Positions 26,850 to 39,500 of a stretch of DNA of 64,000 nucleotides are shown piece after piece. Both the position numbers and the translations under genes were made by a program. The notes beneath the pieces were generated by a model. The model saw only the letters and a program-made list of their open reading frames with translations. It was not told where the DNA came from and did not search any database. The stretch is from Leucoraja ocellata (lineage: Eukaryota): assembly GCA_036785375.1 (NCBI GenBank), contig JAWMAR010000666.1:496001-560000 (forward strand), written 5' to 3'. Position 1 is the first letter of the stretch. Each line of letters starts with the position of its first letter.

Positions 26850-27690
26850 GTGACGGATGGTAGGGTGGAAGGTGAGGACAAATAATCCTCCAACATTTCC
26901 GCCACCTCCAACAGGATCCCACCACTGGCCACATCTTCCCATCTCCTCCCCTGTCTGCTTTTCACAGAGACCGCTCCCTCCCGAACTCCCTGGTCAATTC
27001 GTCCCTTCCCACCCGAACCACCGCCTCTCCTGGCACTTTCCCTTGCAACCGCAGGAAATGCTACACTTATCACTTTGCCTCCCCACTTGACTCCATTCAA
27101 GGACCCAAGCAGTATTTCCAGGTGAGACAGAGGTTTACCTGCAACTTCCCCAACCTCATCTGTTGCACCCTCTGCTATAGATGTCAGCTGCTCTACATCG
27201 GTGAGACCAAGTGTAGGCTTGGCGATCGCTTTGCCCAATACCTCCACTCGGTTCGCAATAACGAAACCTGATGTCCTGGTGGCTCAGCACTTCAACTCCC
27301 CCTCCCATTCCCAATCCCTGACCTTTGTGTCCTGGGCCTCCTCCATGGCCAGAGTGAGGCCCGCCATAAATTGGAGGAGCAGCACCTCATATTTCGCTTG
27401 GGGAGTTTACACCCCAGCGGTATGAACATTGACTTCTCCATTATCAGGTAGTCTCTGCTTTCTCCTCCTCTTCACAGCTCTCCCTCAGCCCACTGTCCCC
27501 GCCTCTTCCTTTCTTCTTCCCGCCGCCCCCCCCCCCCCCCCACCGTCACAGCAATCTGAGGAAGGGTCTCGACCCGAAACGTTGCCTGTTTCCTTCGCTC
27601 CATAGATGCTGCTGCCTCACCTGCTAAGTTTCTCCAGCATTTTTGTCTACCTTTGATTTTCCAGCATCTGCAGTTCCTTCTTAAACGTGC
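26850..27690 (+). mobile_element. Penelope-like element 3' fragment (GIY-YIG remnant and terminal repeat)
   Basis: IQGPKQYFQVRQRFTC...CYRCQLLYIGETKCRLGDRFA; duplicated at about 59860-60805. Confidence 0.75.
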
Positions 27691-27791
27691 GGTTTAAATG
27701 TTGTTATTACAATAACTATTTTACTCTACCCATTTGAACTCGCTACAACCCATTCCTTCTCTCTACACATGCTGCCTGTCCCGCTGAGATG

Positions 27792-28466
27792 GATGCTGAT
27801 GGAACACGTTTACATTCCAGCATCTGATACTTTGACCCTCTTCAGTTTAAGCGAGGCATTTCCATGGGGAAACTCTTCCCGAAAGTGTTCCGTCCTCCCT
27901 CGATAAGCCTCGTCCTGCACCTCAGCTCCGTCCTGGCCGCTGGTGTATAAATGTACCGGTGACCCCGGGCTCGTTGTAAACCATCGGACCTCCAGAGCGT
28001 CCAGTGATGTATCCGGTACCTTCTGACATTCCAATAGGGCATCTTCACCCACCATGGCCACCACCGGATGGTCCGGCACAATCACAGAGAACTCCTCTGG
28101 AACTTCAGCTTTTTACGTTGGTGACTTGTGTAACTTTTCGAGGGTAGAGTGGCAGTTAAGCAAAAGCAGGTACATTTCCATTTTACAGTTGCCAATTCTT
28201 CCAAAAATCATATTAGAATAAAGTCACAATCTCTGTCGCTCAATTGCTCCAAATGGGGGATTTGAACCCACGACCATCTGACCCAGGACTTTGTTAACAG
28301 CGACTCTACTGACAATCGGAACTCATCCCACACATCGACTGAGGCAGTGAAGTAGCACAATATTCACGGGAAGGTGTATGTGATGGTCGCGTAGATGGTG
28401 CCATTACCTACCCATGGTCACCGCATGAACAAGCAACAGCACAAAGATGCAGCCTGCTCCCTTCAT
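27792..28466 (-). pseudogene. Butyrophilin-like pseudogene fragment A (leader CDS 28466-28412; IgV exon from 28096, truncated)
   Basis: Leader MKGAGCIFVLLLVHAVTM with phase-1 GT donor; IgV EEFSVIVPDHPVVAMVGEDALLEC...EVRWF...YRGRT...GNASLKL...DAGM*TCSIS; TAA at the conserved Tyr; exon 3' end and donor deleted; no IgC/TM seen downstream. Confidence 0.85.
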
Positions 28467-29369
28467 CGATGAAAGAATTCCTTCCTTGGTTTCACCTGGA
28501 AACAGAACATCGAGATAATGTTTAAATGGGTAGCACTACCGCACTGAAATTAAGTCCATGAACTAATTCTATGCATTCTATGTTTAATATATTTTTATTT
28601 AGAAGCATGTATACAAATAGCTGTAAGCGACAATATAATTACAGATTTCTTACATAGCTTCACTTTTAATTTGTTTTTAAAGAATAAAGATAAAGGGATA
28701 AAAAGATAAGAGAAACTATAAACTAATAGACAGAAAAAGAAAATGAAAAAGGAATTGCAATAACAAGATGTTGAGTATAACTATTCATCCAATCCCAAAC
28801 TCATGTTTCTATCCTGATTTTGTGTAAACCAATTCACTTTATTAAAAATTCAATAAATATTCTAACAAATAATTCTGGTTTGTCAATTAAGATAAATCTT
28901 ATTTTTTCCAAATGCAAGGTCTCAGACTATAAATTCTGTTTTATCAGGTAATATAAAATAAATTATTGGCAAAACGCCACAGGGTACAACTTCAGACAAA
29001 TACAGAAGGCGTGTGTCCAACAATATGCATACGTTCGAGGCTGATCGTTTTTTACCACAGTTTTCTCCTTATTGTTTTATGTTTGTTTTTGCAAAATACT
29101 ATCATTAAACGCTAGTGTAGTTTGCAAACTGCTCTTGAGTTTCAGAACATTCAGAACATTACACAACGTTAATGCAGAGAGTGGAGGGTGGTGGATTGTG
29201 TGACAATAATTAAGCATTGGTCTCTGCATCGTGTTTGGCACAGACATTGTGGGCCGAGGGTCACGTTCCTCTGTTGTTCTGTGTTCTATGATCTATTGTG
29301 CATTGAGCCCACGTTTACAGTTCCAGTAGAGAAACGGAGGCGAGGAGAGAGGCAGGAAGATTGCTGTGG

Positions 29370-29592
29370 TCAACGCCTCCGTCACCCCAGATCCCCTGGC
29401 CACTGTTATATCAGGAAGATTGTTTGTGTCCTCCTTGGTGAAGACAGATCCAAAGTACCTGTTCAACTCATCTGCCATTTCCTTGTTCCCCATAATAAAT
29501 TCACCTTTTTCGATCTGCAAGGGTCCAACTTTGGTCTTAACTAATGTTTTCCTCTTCACATACCTAAAGAAGCTTTTACTATCCTCCTTTAG
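29370..29592 (-). mobile_element. CR1 ORF2 internal fragment
   Basis: KRKTLVKTKVGPL...MADELNRYFGSVFTKED; flanked by a direct repeat GAGAGGCARGAAGATTGCTGTGGTCAACGCCTC. Confidence 0.7.
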
Positions 29593-30569
29593 GGAGAGGC
29601 AAGAAGATTGCTGTGGTCAACGCCTCGAGATAAGCATTGTGCAGGGCGACAGTGAGAAGTCAAGATACAGCGTCCATTTTCACAAGGGGACATGATATAA
29701 ACCATGCGAGGCTATCCCAGACCGTGGAGTAAGATGCACCCCACTAACCGGAATATACAGAATAAATTGTTGTCCTTTAGAAGAAACAGAAAAACAAAAC
29801 ATCATTGTTAAAATTTCTCACAGCAAAAATGTCCAAGTTGCTTGTCTTTAAAAATGGCGGCGTTGCTTTAATTTAACATTCCAAGATTTGGAAGGAAAAT
29901 TATTTGACAAAGTACATCCAGACAATTTGGTCAATGTTGGTAAAAGTTGGGATATTGAGATGCACAGAATAAACGGCTGAGGAAAGAAACGATTCTCCTG
30001 TTACAGAAAAGGTTTGTGGGTGAGGTACCGGATGGATTGCTGTTTGAGACAGCCTGCATTGGGCAACTGGTTCAGTACCGTCCTGAGTTTCTGGTCAACG
30101 TGACTCCTTTCACTGGCTGCTCTAACCTGACATCTGCTCCCATGAAACACGCCTTCCTTTGAGTTTGAAACCAGATAAATGTTCCACACTAATACTCTTC
30201 GCAAATATGCAACCTCTCAACAGCAAAAACAACACGTCGCACCTTATCTGGGCAGTGATGGTCCAAAGTCTGGATTGTTCCTTTTATTAAAGAGAACTGA
30301 TAAAGATTCAGGCTGAAATCATAAAGGAATCCAAAGGAGTCCAAAGGGCTTTTACTGCACATTAACAATCACAGGACTGTGGGGAGGCAGTGAGGCGATG
30401 AACAACCAAAGTTGGGAATAAGGTAGGGACATTTCTACACTTTTAACTTGTTTCCTATAACTGTGGCCATACTGACCAATGTGGACATTAGAACCATCTG
30501 AAGTTATGTGCAACTCTGTATTAATGCCATTAAACTGTCTCATGGTGTGTCGTTAAAGAATCACCAAAA

Positions 30570-30975
30570 CAGGAGAGTCGACAAAGAAGTCAGTGGATGT
30601 TATTTACTTGGATTATCAGAAGGATTTTGATAATGTGCCACACGCGAGGCTGCTAAACAAGATTGGAGCTCCTAGTATTTGAAGCAAGGTTCCAGCATGG
30701 ATAGTAGATTGGTTGACGGGCAGATTCAACGAGTGAGAATAAAGGGGTGATATTTCTGGGTTGGCTGCTGGTGACTAGTGGTGTTCCACGGGGGTCGGTG
30801 TAGGGGCTTCATGTGTTAATGGTCTGGATGGGAGAATTGGTGACTTTGTGGACAAATTTGCAGACGGGATGAAAAGAGGTGGAGGGGGCAGTTGTGTAGA
30901 GGAAGTATGGAGGCTGCAGAATGACGTGGACAGGTTGGGAGAGTGGGCAAAGAAGTGGAAAATGGAATACAGCGG
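30570..30975 (+). mobile_element. Old CR1 RT fragment
   Basis: VDVIYLDYQKDFD, VTSGVP, KFADG...LQNDVDRLGEWAKKWKMEY. Confidence 0.65.
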
Positions 30976-31061
30976 GTTGTTGTGTTTGACTGAGAGTTCA
31001 CAGTCTAAAATATCCGTTCCCCGCCACTCCCTGGTACTGATAAGGACAAGCGCAGTGAACT

Positions 31062-31745
31062 GGGCGGCACGGTGGCGCAACGGCAAAGCTGCTGCCTTCT
31101 TCTTCTTGCGAATGGCGTGCACAGCCTAATGTCCCTGTCCCACTTAGGGAACTTGAACGGAAACCTCTGGAGACTTTGCGCCCCACCCAAGGTTTCCGTG
31201 CGGTTCCCGGGGGGTTTTGTCAGTCACCCTACCTGCTTCCACTACCTGCAACCTCCGGCAACCACCTGCAACCTCCGGGAACCGCACGGAAACCTTGAGT
31301 GGGGCGCAAAGTCTCCAGAGGTTTCCGTTCAGATCTCCTAAGTGGGACAGGGGCATTAAAGTTGTAGGACAACTAGTTCTTTTTGATCTTATTTGATTGT
31401 GCACGCCGGAGTCATTGCATTGGTCGAAACAGGGCGGATCACGTGAAGATTGCAATCTCCCACCCCAGTTGCTGCCTCACAGAGACCCGGGTTCGATCCT
31501 GACTACGGGTGTTGTTTGTACGAAGTTTGTACGTTCTCCCCGCGACCGCGTGTGGTTTCTCCGAGTGCTCCGGTATTTTCCCACAATCCAAAGACGTGCA
31601 GGTTTGTAGATAATTGGCATCATGAAAATGTGTAAATTCTCCCTAGTCTGCAGGGTCGTGCTGGTGTACACGGTGATCTCTGGTCGTCGCGGACATGGTG
31701 GGCTGAAGGGGCCGTTTCCATGCTGTATCTCGAAAGTACAATCTA
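31062..31745 (+). mobile_element. tRNA-derived SINE containing a nested insertion (31098-31467)
   Basis: GGGCGGCACGGTGGCGCA head, GGTTCGATCC B box, CR1-like tail; 10-bp duplication GCTGCTGCCT/GTTGCTGCCT around the insert. Confidence 0.75.
31130..31356. mobile_element. PIF/Harbinger-like MITE
   Basis: Long terminal inverted repeats (GTCCCTGTCCCACTTAGG...CCTAAGTGGGACAGGGGC), near-palindromic body, flanking TAA duplication. Confidence 0.75.
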
Positions 31746-32872
31746 AAGTCTCTCCATTGGGCACGTGGTGTATGGAAGTAACTGAATTATTTTATTTTCA
31801 TATTAATGATATTTGGAAACTCTCCAGGAATATTCTTTATGCCCTATAACATCACAGTGTCAAACAATGTAAAATGCCCCCATTTGCTGTGGAAAGTATT
31901 CCCCGGACACTGTGGGAGCAACGTTCATGATTGCAACAACCACTTCAGTCCACGTACAGATCTTGTGTATGAGAGATATTACATAATCTTGTGTTAGAAA
32001 GTTCCCCTACTAGTCCTACTGTTCCCGCCTACATTCTATCTGTGTCCCATCCCCTCCCTCGACATCAGTCTGAAGAAAGGTCTCGACCATAAACGTCACC
32101 TATTCCTTCTCTCCATAGATGCTACCTGTCCCGCTGAGTTACTCCAGCATTTTGTGTCTATCTTCCACTGACCGATCTTCCCCACACATTGACCGCACCT
32201 TCCCCATAGCTCCTCTGCTGTACCACCTGAAGCCACTCTGGGAATGTCCTCACTCGGCTTCTGTCAACAAGAATCCACAATGTCCAGGCCGTGCCCTTGT
32301 CTCACTGCTAACGTCGGGTAGGACGTGTAGAAGACTGAATTCCCACACCGTCAGGTTCAAATACAGCTTCAACCCCACAACTATCAGGTTCTTGAACCGA
32401 CCCGCACACCCATAGTCCCACCTCAGTATTTACAGAACCATATCACCAGAGGACTATGGTCCAATACAAATACTGAGGTAGTGCATCGAACAAATTAACG
32501 ATTGGACGTGCCAAAACTTTCTTCAATGAAACGAAGACAAAAGGGTGGAAATTGTTTGTATAAAGCACTGAATGATCTAGGGCCAAAATACATCTCTGAT
32601 TTTCTGCTACAAGGTTGACGAGTTCCCGCTCAGACTCTCCTGTGCTGGGGATGAGTGGGAAATAGAGGCCAGAAATGTCGGGTCCACATCGGATAAAACA
32701 GGGGGAGAGAGAAACAAGAGCTAATGAGAGAGCAGAGACCCGGGAGATATTGTTCACTCTTTATTCCACTGGACAATATCATCTCACCCCGTGAATATTT
32801 TTTATTGTCCCGGCATCTTTTGACTTCAGAAATATTTTCTGTCCTTTGACAGGTTTGATGATGGGTGACTGA

Positions 32873-32882
32873 AGAAATTCCC
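32873..32882 (-). promoter_or_regulatory. NF-kB-like site (GGGAATTTCT) at the edge of the CpG-rich BTN 5' region
   Basis: Motif match only. Confidence 0.3.
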
Positions 32883-33000
32883 GGGAGAAGGTTTATCCCA
32901 GACCTGGCCCCCTTGACGGGAGACTCAAGGAGCAGATTGTAAAGGGAGCCGGGATCCCGGTGCGGAGCCTGGAGTCCTTTGGCCACCGGTTGCCCTTGGC

Positions 33001-33317
33001 CACCCCGCACAAGGTGTGACCTTTCACCCCGCACACGCTGTGACCTTTCACCCCGCACAAGGTGTGACCTTTCACCCCGCACAAGGTGTGACCTTTCACC
33101 CCGCACAAGGTGCGACCTTTCACCCCGCACAAAGTGCGACCTTTCACCCCGCACAAAGTGCGACCTTTCGCCCCGCACAAGGTGTGATCTTTCACCCCGC
33201 ACACGCTGTGACCTTTCACCCCGCACAATGTGTGACCTTTCACCCCGCCCAAGGTGTGACCTTTCACCCCACAAAAGGTGTGACCTTTCACCCCGCACAA
33301 GGTGTGACCTTTCACCA
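33001..33317. repeat. 24-bp tandem repeat (13 units) carrying DR1 and T-box motifs, at the BTN 5' end
   Basis: Unit CACCCCGCACAAGGTGTGACCTTT; minus strand reads GGGTGA-A-AGGTCA; plus strand contains AGGTGTGA. Confidence 0.9.
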
Positions 33318-33415
33318 CCTGGTCAACAGTGAGTGGGGGTGGTGGACATCGGCAGCGGGGACGGAGGGGGGGGGAGGGGGGTGACAGGTTCGTGCCCATC
33401 ACGGGTCAGTCTAAC

Positions 33416-33451
<36 letters not shown>

Positions 33452-33472
33452 GGCACTGACCCCTCCACTGGG

Positions 33473-33530
33473 ATGGGAGTGGTTCACTGCGCTGTGTTGT
33501 TACTGAACTGGATCCTCAGCTCAGCCCACG
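33473..33530 (+). CDS. BTN-like signal peptide exon (exon begins at 33453)
   Basis: (CT)n-CAG acceptor; MGVVHCAVLLLNWILSSAH; donor GTAATG; possible upstream UTR exon donor GTGAGT at 33329. Confidence 0.85.
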
Positions 33531-36500
33531 GTAATGACCACAACATCTGGTCTATTTCTATTTATTTATCTCATGGAGGGGGCTTCATGGAGTCAGAAGA
33601 TTCATATTTTAAAATCATTCATTTTAATGCAGTTGTCCACATCACTTAATACGATCAGGTAGGAGGTTCTTCCTCCCTCTGTGAGCGATGATGGGAACTG
33701 CAGGATTAGGAGGCAACTTCATTTTCGTGGATAATCAGGATAGCAGGAAGCAGAGAGTGGATGCTGATCATTTTTCTCTCTGGGTGGCAAGATGGAAGGA
33801 GTGGTGTCCCACGGGGATTGGTGTCGAGGCCCCAATGTTATGTAAACAAATAATCGTGGACAAGCAGTGAAAATGTTCATATCCTGGCTTCATCCCTGTA
33901 TTATAAGGTTATTAGTGATAGGAGCAGATTAAGGCCATTCCACCCAAGTCTACTCCGCCATTCAATCATGGCTGATCCATCTCTCCCTCCCTAACCCCAT
34001 TAGAGTCATAGTCATAGAGTGATACAGCATGGAAACAGGCCCTTCGGCCCAACATGCCCACACTGGCCAACAATGTCCCATCTACACTAGTCACAGAGTG
34101 ATACAGCATGGAAACAGGCCCTTCGGCCCAACTTGCCCACACCGGCCAACAATGTCCCATCTACACTAGTCACAGTGATACAGTGTGGAAACAGGCCCTT
34201 CGGCCCAACATGCCCACACCGGCCAACAATGTCCCATCTACACTAGTCACAGAGTGATACAGCATGGAAACAGGCCCTTCGGCCCAACTTGCCCACACCG
34301 GCCAACAATGTCCCATCTACACTAGTCACAGAATGATACAGCATGGAAACAGGCCCTTCGGCCCAACTTGCCCACACCGGCCAACAATGTCCCAGCTCTA
34401 CACTAGTCCCACCTGCCCGCGCTTGGTCCATATCCCTCTAAACCTATCCGGTCCTATCCATGTACCTGTCCAACTGTTTCTTTAAAGATTGGATTGTCCC
34501 AGCCTCAACTACCGCCTCTAGCAGCTTGTTCCATACACCCACCATGGTGTGTGAAAATGTTACCCCTCGAATTCCTATTAAATCTTTTCCCCTTCACCTT
34601 GAACCTATGTCCTCTGGTCCTCGATTCCCCTACTCTGGGTAAAAGACTCTGTGCATCTACCCAATCTATTCCTCTCATGATTTTGTACACCTCTATAAGA
34701 TCTCCCCTCATCCTCCTGCGCTCCATGGAATAGAGACCCAGCCTACTCAACCTCTCCCTGTAGCTCACACACTCTAGTCCTGGCAACATCCTCGTAAATC
34801 TTTTCTGAAGATTCTCAAGCTTGACAATATATTTCCTATAACCTGGTGACCAGAACTGAACACAATATTCTAAACACGGATTCACCGACGTCTTATACAA
34901 CTGCAAGTTCTGTACTCAATACTCTGACTGATGAAGGCCAAAGAGCCAAAAGCCTTTTTGACCACCTTATGTACCTGCGACTCGACCTTCAATAAGGGAT
35001 TATCCTTATTGATTCCTTAAATAATTATATTTCCAATTATTTGAATTGACCCGCAGGTGAATTTCTCGTTATTGTACCGGGCAATGGTTTTGTAGCCACT
35101 GTAGGTGGAGATGCGGTGTTGGAATGTCAGCTTGTACCAGATATATTGACCAGCAACATGGTCGTGCAGTGGAGGAAGACAGGTCTCATCTCGCCAATCC
35201 TTGTGTACAGACATGGACACAATGACACCCTCGCTCAACACCAGGATTACACAGCAAGGGCCGAACTGTTTAAAGATGAAGTGACCAAAGGGAACATTTC
35301 CCTCAGAATAAAGAACGTAACAAGGTTTGATGAAGGGGAATATACATGTTCAGTTACAGAGGGAACCGAGTATGAAGATTCTCCAGCTCAACTACAAGTT
35401 CGAGGTGAGTAAGTAAAACATCGATGATTGACGATAAATGTAAAACGAACAGATTGTAAAGAGCGTTCACTCAACAATGTTGATTTATAATTACATAATT
35501 AACAACTTGCTGCTGTTGTAATGTTTATATTGGGAAGTAACTTGAGTAAATGGAGAAAGGGTTTCATCCCGAAACCTTGCCTGTTTCCTTCGCTCCATAG
35601 ATGCTGCCTCACCCGCTGTTTCTCCAGCATTTTTGTCTACCTTTGAGTAAATGAAGGGCAGCCATGGGAATCTATTTAACTGGAGTTCCATCACATCTGT
35701 CCCAGTGTTTTTCATTGAGGGGAATGGAGAATGGATGTAGGGAAGATGCATCACAGTTGTACAGGATGTTGTTGAGATCTCACCTGGGGCACAGTGTACA
35801 GTCTTTGTCTCCTTACTGAAGGAAAAATGTACTTGCCATGTGCAGCATATATGTACACACAAATATATATACATATATATACTCTCCCTTTGAATCTCCA
35901 CCTCGTTGCGCTCATTTCCCAAATCAAGGTCTAGTATAATCCCACCGAGCGATGTATTAACTGCCTAGTGTGTCAGGAAACCCTTCTAGATGTATCAAAC
36001 AAATGCTGCCACATCTAAGTCCTTGCCCCAGAGGCATTCAAGATGAATATTGGTTGGTTGTGGAATATGACTTCAAATTTCCCAATATTGACCATGAGTG
36101 CTACTTCCAGGTGGCCAGATACTTGGATCCCCAGATACCTCCGTTCCACCTCACTATCCAGGTTCCAGCCGTTTACCCTGTCACTTCAGCCTGGATTTAA
36201 TTACCGAAATGATGAAAACATTCTGCAGGTCAGGCAGCATCTGGGGAGAGAGAAGCAGAGTTGACATTTCTGCTCAATGACTTTCCATTGGAACTAGAAA
36301 TAATTAGAAATTGTATAAGTATTGTTGCAAGAGGTTTGAGTACTTGAACAAAATGCTGTATGGTCCAAGTTGCTATTCTTCCTGACTATTGTTATTTCTA
36401 CATCTGTCACTGATGCAGCTTTGGGGAGTTTGATCCGGATTCGGTTGCAGGGATACCAGGGAGATGGAATCCAGCTCGTGTGTAAGTCCAGTGGATGGTA

Positions 36501-39500
36501 TCCTGGACCAGAGATGCTGTGGATCGGTGAGGATGGACTGGTTTTACCACAAGCTGAAACAATGTACCATGAAGATACAGAAGGTCTTGTAAATGTGGAG
36601 AGCAACGTGACAGTAATGAGGCAATCAACAAACAAGTTCAAGTGTGTTGTGCGGAGCAGACGATTAAACATACAACGTGAGGCAATTGTTAAAATATCAG
36701 GTTTGTAAATGTTGCTGTTTGATCATTGAAGTATAAAGGTGATTTACATTCCATTGAAACCCCGACTGTCCAGAATGTTCACTAAGGTGCTCACATGTTT
36801 CCCAGTGATGATTTATCCACATCTCACTTCTGTGGGGAAATGATCACTGATTTTTAAAGACAGTTTTCTATATGCGCCGTTCACTGTCTTCACTCTGCAG
36901 ATGATATCTTTCCTGGAGTTACTGACTGGGCCCTGCCGCTGGTCCTCACCATTTGTCTTCTCATTGCCGCCCACGGTGCTGTGTTTTATTGCAACGTGAA
37001 ACAAAACAGGCGCATTAAAGGTACGTTAAACAACAGCGTAAGATGCAGGTGAGGAAATCCAGGCAGGATTCTCCCAGATTCCCACTGTAACTTCAGTGGA
37101 AAACCAGAGCACTCTCCGCGGGGCTTCCACCTTCCAGCGGTAACTGTCGCCCCTGGACAGAATATCAGTGTCCCGGGAGGTGGGGGTAATGGGGTAAAGG
37201 GGCTGATGTGGTGTGTGTGTGTGTGTGTGCGTGTGTGCGTGTGTGCGTGTGTGTGTATGAGGCGGTGCCGTGGGAGGAGATTTAACCGGACACAGAGTCA
37301 CTTGGGCTTGTCTCTGTTTCCTGTATTTGATCTCCACTGTGGAGAGACGGATCACAGATGAGATGATCATTTGGATCAACATCTCTGTTCACTTCCCCGT
37401 TGTCAACCTGAGCTTTCACTCACTTGTCACTTTCATTGTGTGTCCCGTCCCAGTGTGAGCTCTCCCTCACTCTCCTACACTGATCTAATGAGGCTGAGCA
37501 GAGGCTGGGGGACCGCCTGCCTTTGAAGCCGGCATCTCGCAGCTTCCCCATTCAACATTGTCCACAATAATCACCGTGTTGACATTTACCTACAACAACT
37601 GTTGGTCGTGGGTGAATGATTGAAACGTCCCTGGATCCACAGTGTATTTATTCACCTGATCCGTTCCTCATCATTCCCCTCTCCTGCCCTTCACATCTTA
37701 CACAACATTTGTTTCCCCGCTACACTTGTGTCACACCTGTCACCATCTGACATTGTCCAGGCCTGATGAGACCCTGTCAATGTGAACCAGGAATTCTGTT
37801 CCTCACTGTAGCTGCCTGACCCGCGCGGATCTTCCCTCATTATTCCACTTATTTCCAGCCTTGTATGGATTGACCTGTGACTCTGATAGTCATTGTCTCT
37901 GATGCTCATTGTTCAAATGTAACACTGGTTTCTACTTCCAGAACTGGAACGGCGCAAATCCATCGTAGAAAATGGTAAGAATTTAGTATAGAAATATTCA
38001 CAAATGAGAATGAATGGCCACACAGTGGCGCTGCTGGGAGAACTGATATCTGACAGTGCCAGAGACGAGGGTTCGATCCTGACCTCGGGTGCTGTCTGTG
38101 TGGAGTTTGCATGTTCTCCCTGTGACTGGTTTCCTCCGGGTGCTCTGGTTTCCTCCCACATACTGAAGGCGTGAGTGTCTGTGCGTTAATTTCAGGAATG
38201 CTGATGGTGTACAAGCCCCAATCAGCATCAATGGTGTCGAAGTACAAGTGGGTGAGAGCCTCATGTATCTCGGTGTTAATATTCACAGTGATCTGTTGTG
38301 GACCAAGATCAGAGAATCAACAGCCAATATGTCACCCAATGTCTCCACTTGCTTAGGAGACTGAGGAGATTCAGCCTGTCTAGACGAGATCGTAATTACT
38401 GAAAGATGTAGATGTAGCCCAGTTGAAAAAGCTACTTATCTTAACTACTAAACCAGGTTTGTTTCTTAATAAACAGACACCACACAAACTGTTTGGTAGA
38501 CCAGTTCAAAACTTTACTTAACATCGGCCGATGGAAGGGAGGGAGAACTCCAGTCAAGTGACCAACACAGACACTTGACTGTGCTCAGTCACCTTCTCTG
38601 AACAACAGAATTACATTGCTTTAAATAGGTTTTTTGTCCCCTTATCACATTCCACAGACATTAGTCATGGTCAGAAGTACTGGAAAAGGTTTCCACAGAA
38701 TGCATCACATCAAACCTTTTTTTTTCATGGTACAAGATATACTAAAAACATTGTATATCTTCTTTGTCACTTGGTCCCTCATAAACATAGACCATCTGTT
38801 TACAAAGATGTGACTGGCTATTCCTCTTCTTCCTTTATTGCCTCCTCCCCATAAACATTGGTCATTTGATCTCTACTTCAAAGATATCTCTAGCTCCTTC
38901 ACTTGGGAGACAATGTTATCTCACACACCCCGCAACCTGAGGAAAGCCTAATTTGACACTAAATATAAGCTGTAAGCTAGCCCAGAAACCAATTTAATAT
39001 CTTCTTATATTTTTAACTAAAACTCGGCTTCATCATTCCATCCTTTTATCAAAATTTTGATAACAACTACAGTCCTTCCTGAGTACATACGAAAGACCAT
39101 AAGCATCTCATCAGACAAATTAATAGTACACTAGTAACCCAATCAATTCATAGTGGACAATCGTTTCACAAGTCCCTCCAAACATTTTAAATGGCCACCA
39201 ACCTCCCCCGGACGTGACACTAATATACTACCATAGGACAGGAAAAGGATCATAAAAATTGCTCAGCCTTTATTCGGCTTCATTTGGATTTCCCTGTGTG
39301 CTGGTGTAACTGGTTCATGCTTCTCTTGTGTGGCACTGCATTTGCAACATAACAATGCCCTGTCACAAATATACTGTTTCCTTAATATACACCAGTGCCT
39401 TGGTTGTGGCAAAAACAGGTAGATTTAACTGGCCTTTGCAGACCTCTTAATGTCTGTAGTCAGGGTATCTTTGCTGCGCTTGTCATGTTTGACTTCAATC

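Noticed and set aside
32630-33402. Repetitive ORFs (VRGERSHL, CGVKGHTL)
   Set aside because: They are translations of the 24-bp repeat with no coding evidence.
31062-38190. tRNA genes suggested by GGTTCGATCC B boxes
   Set aside because: The B boxes are in SINE heads followed by SINE core and tail; no complete cloverleaf is evident.
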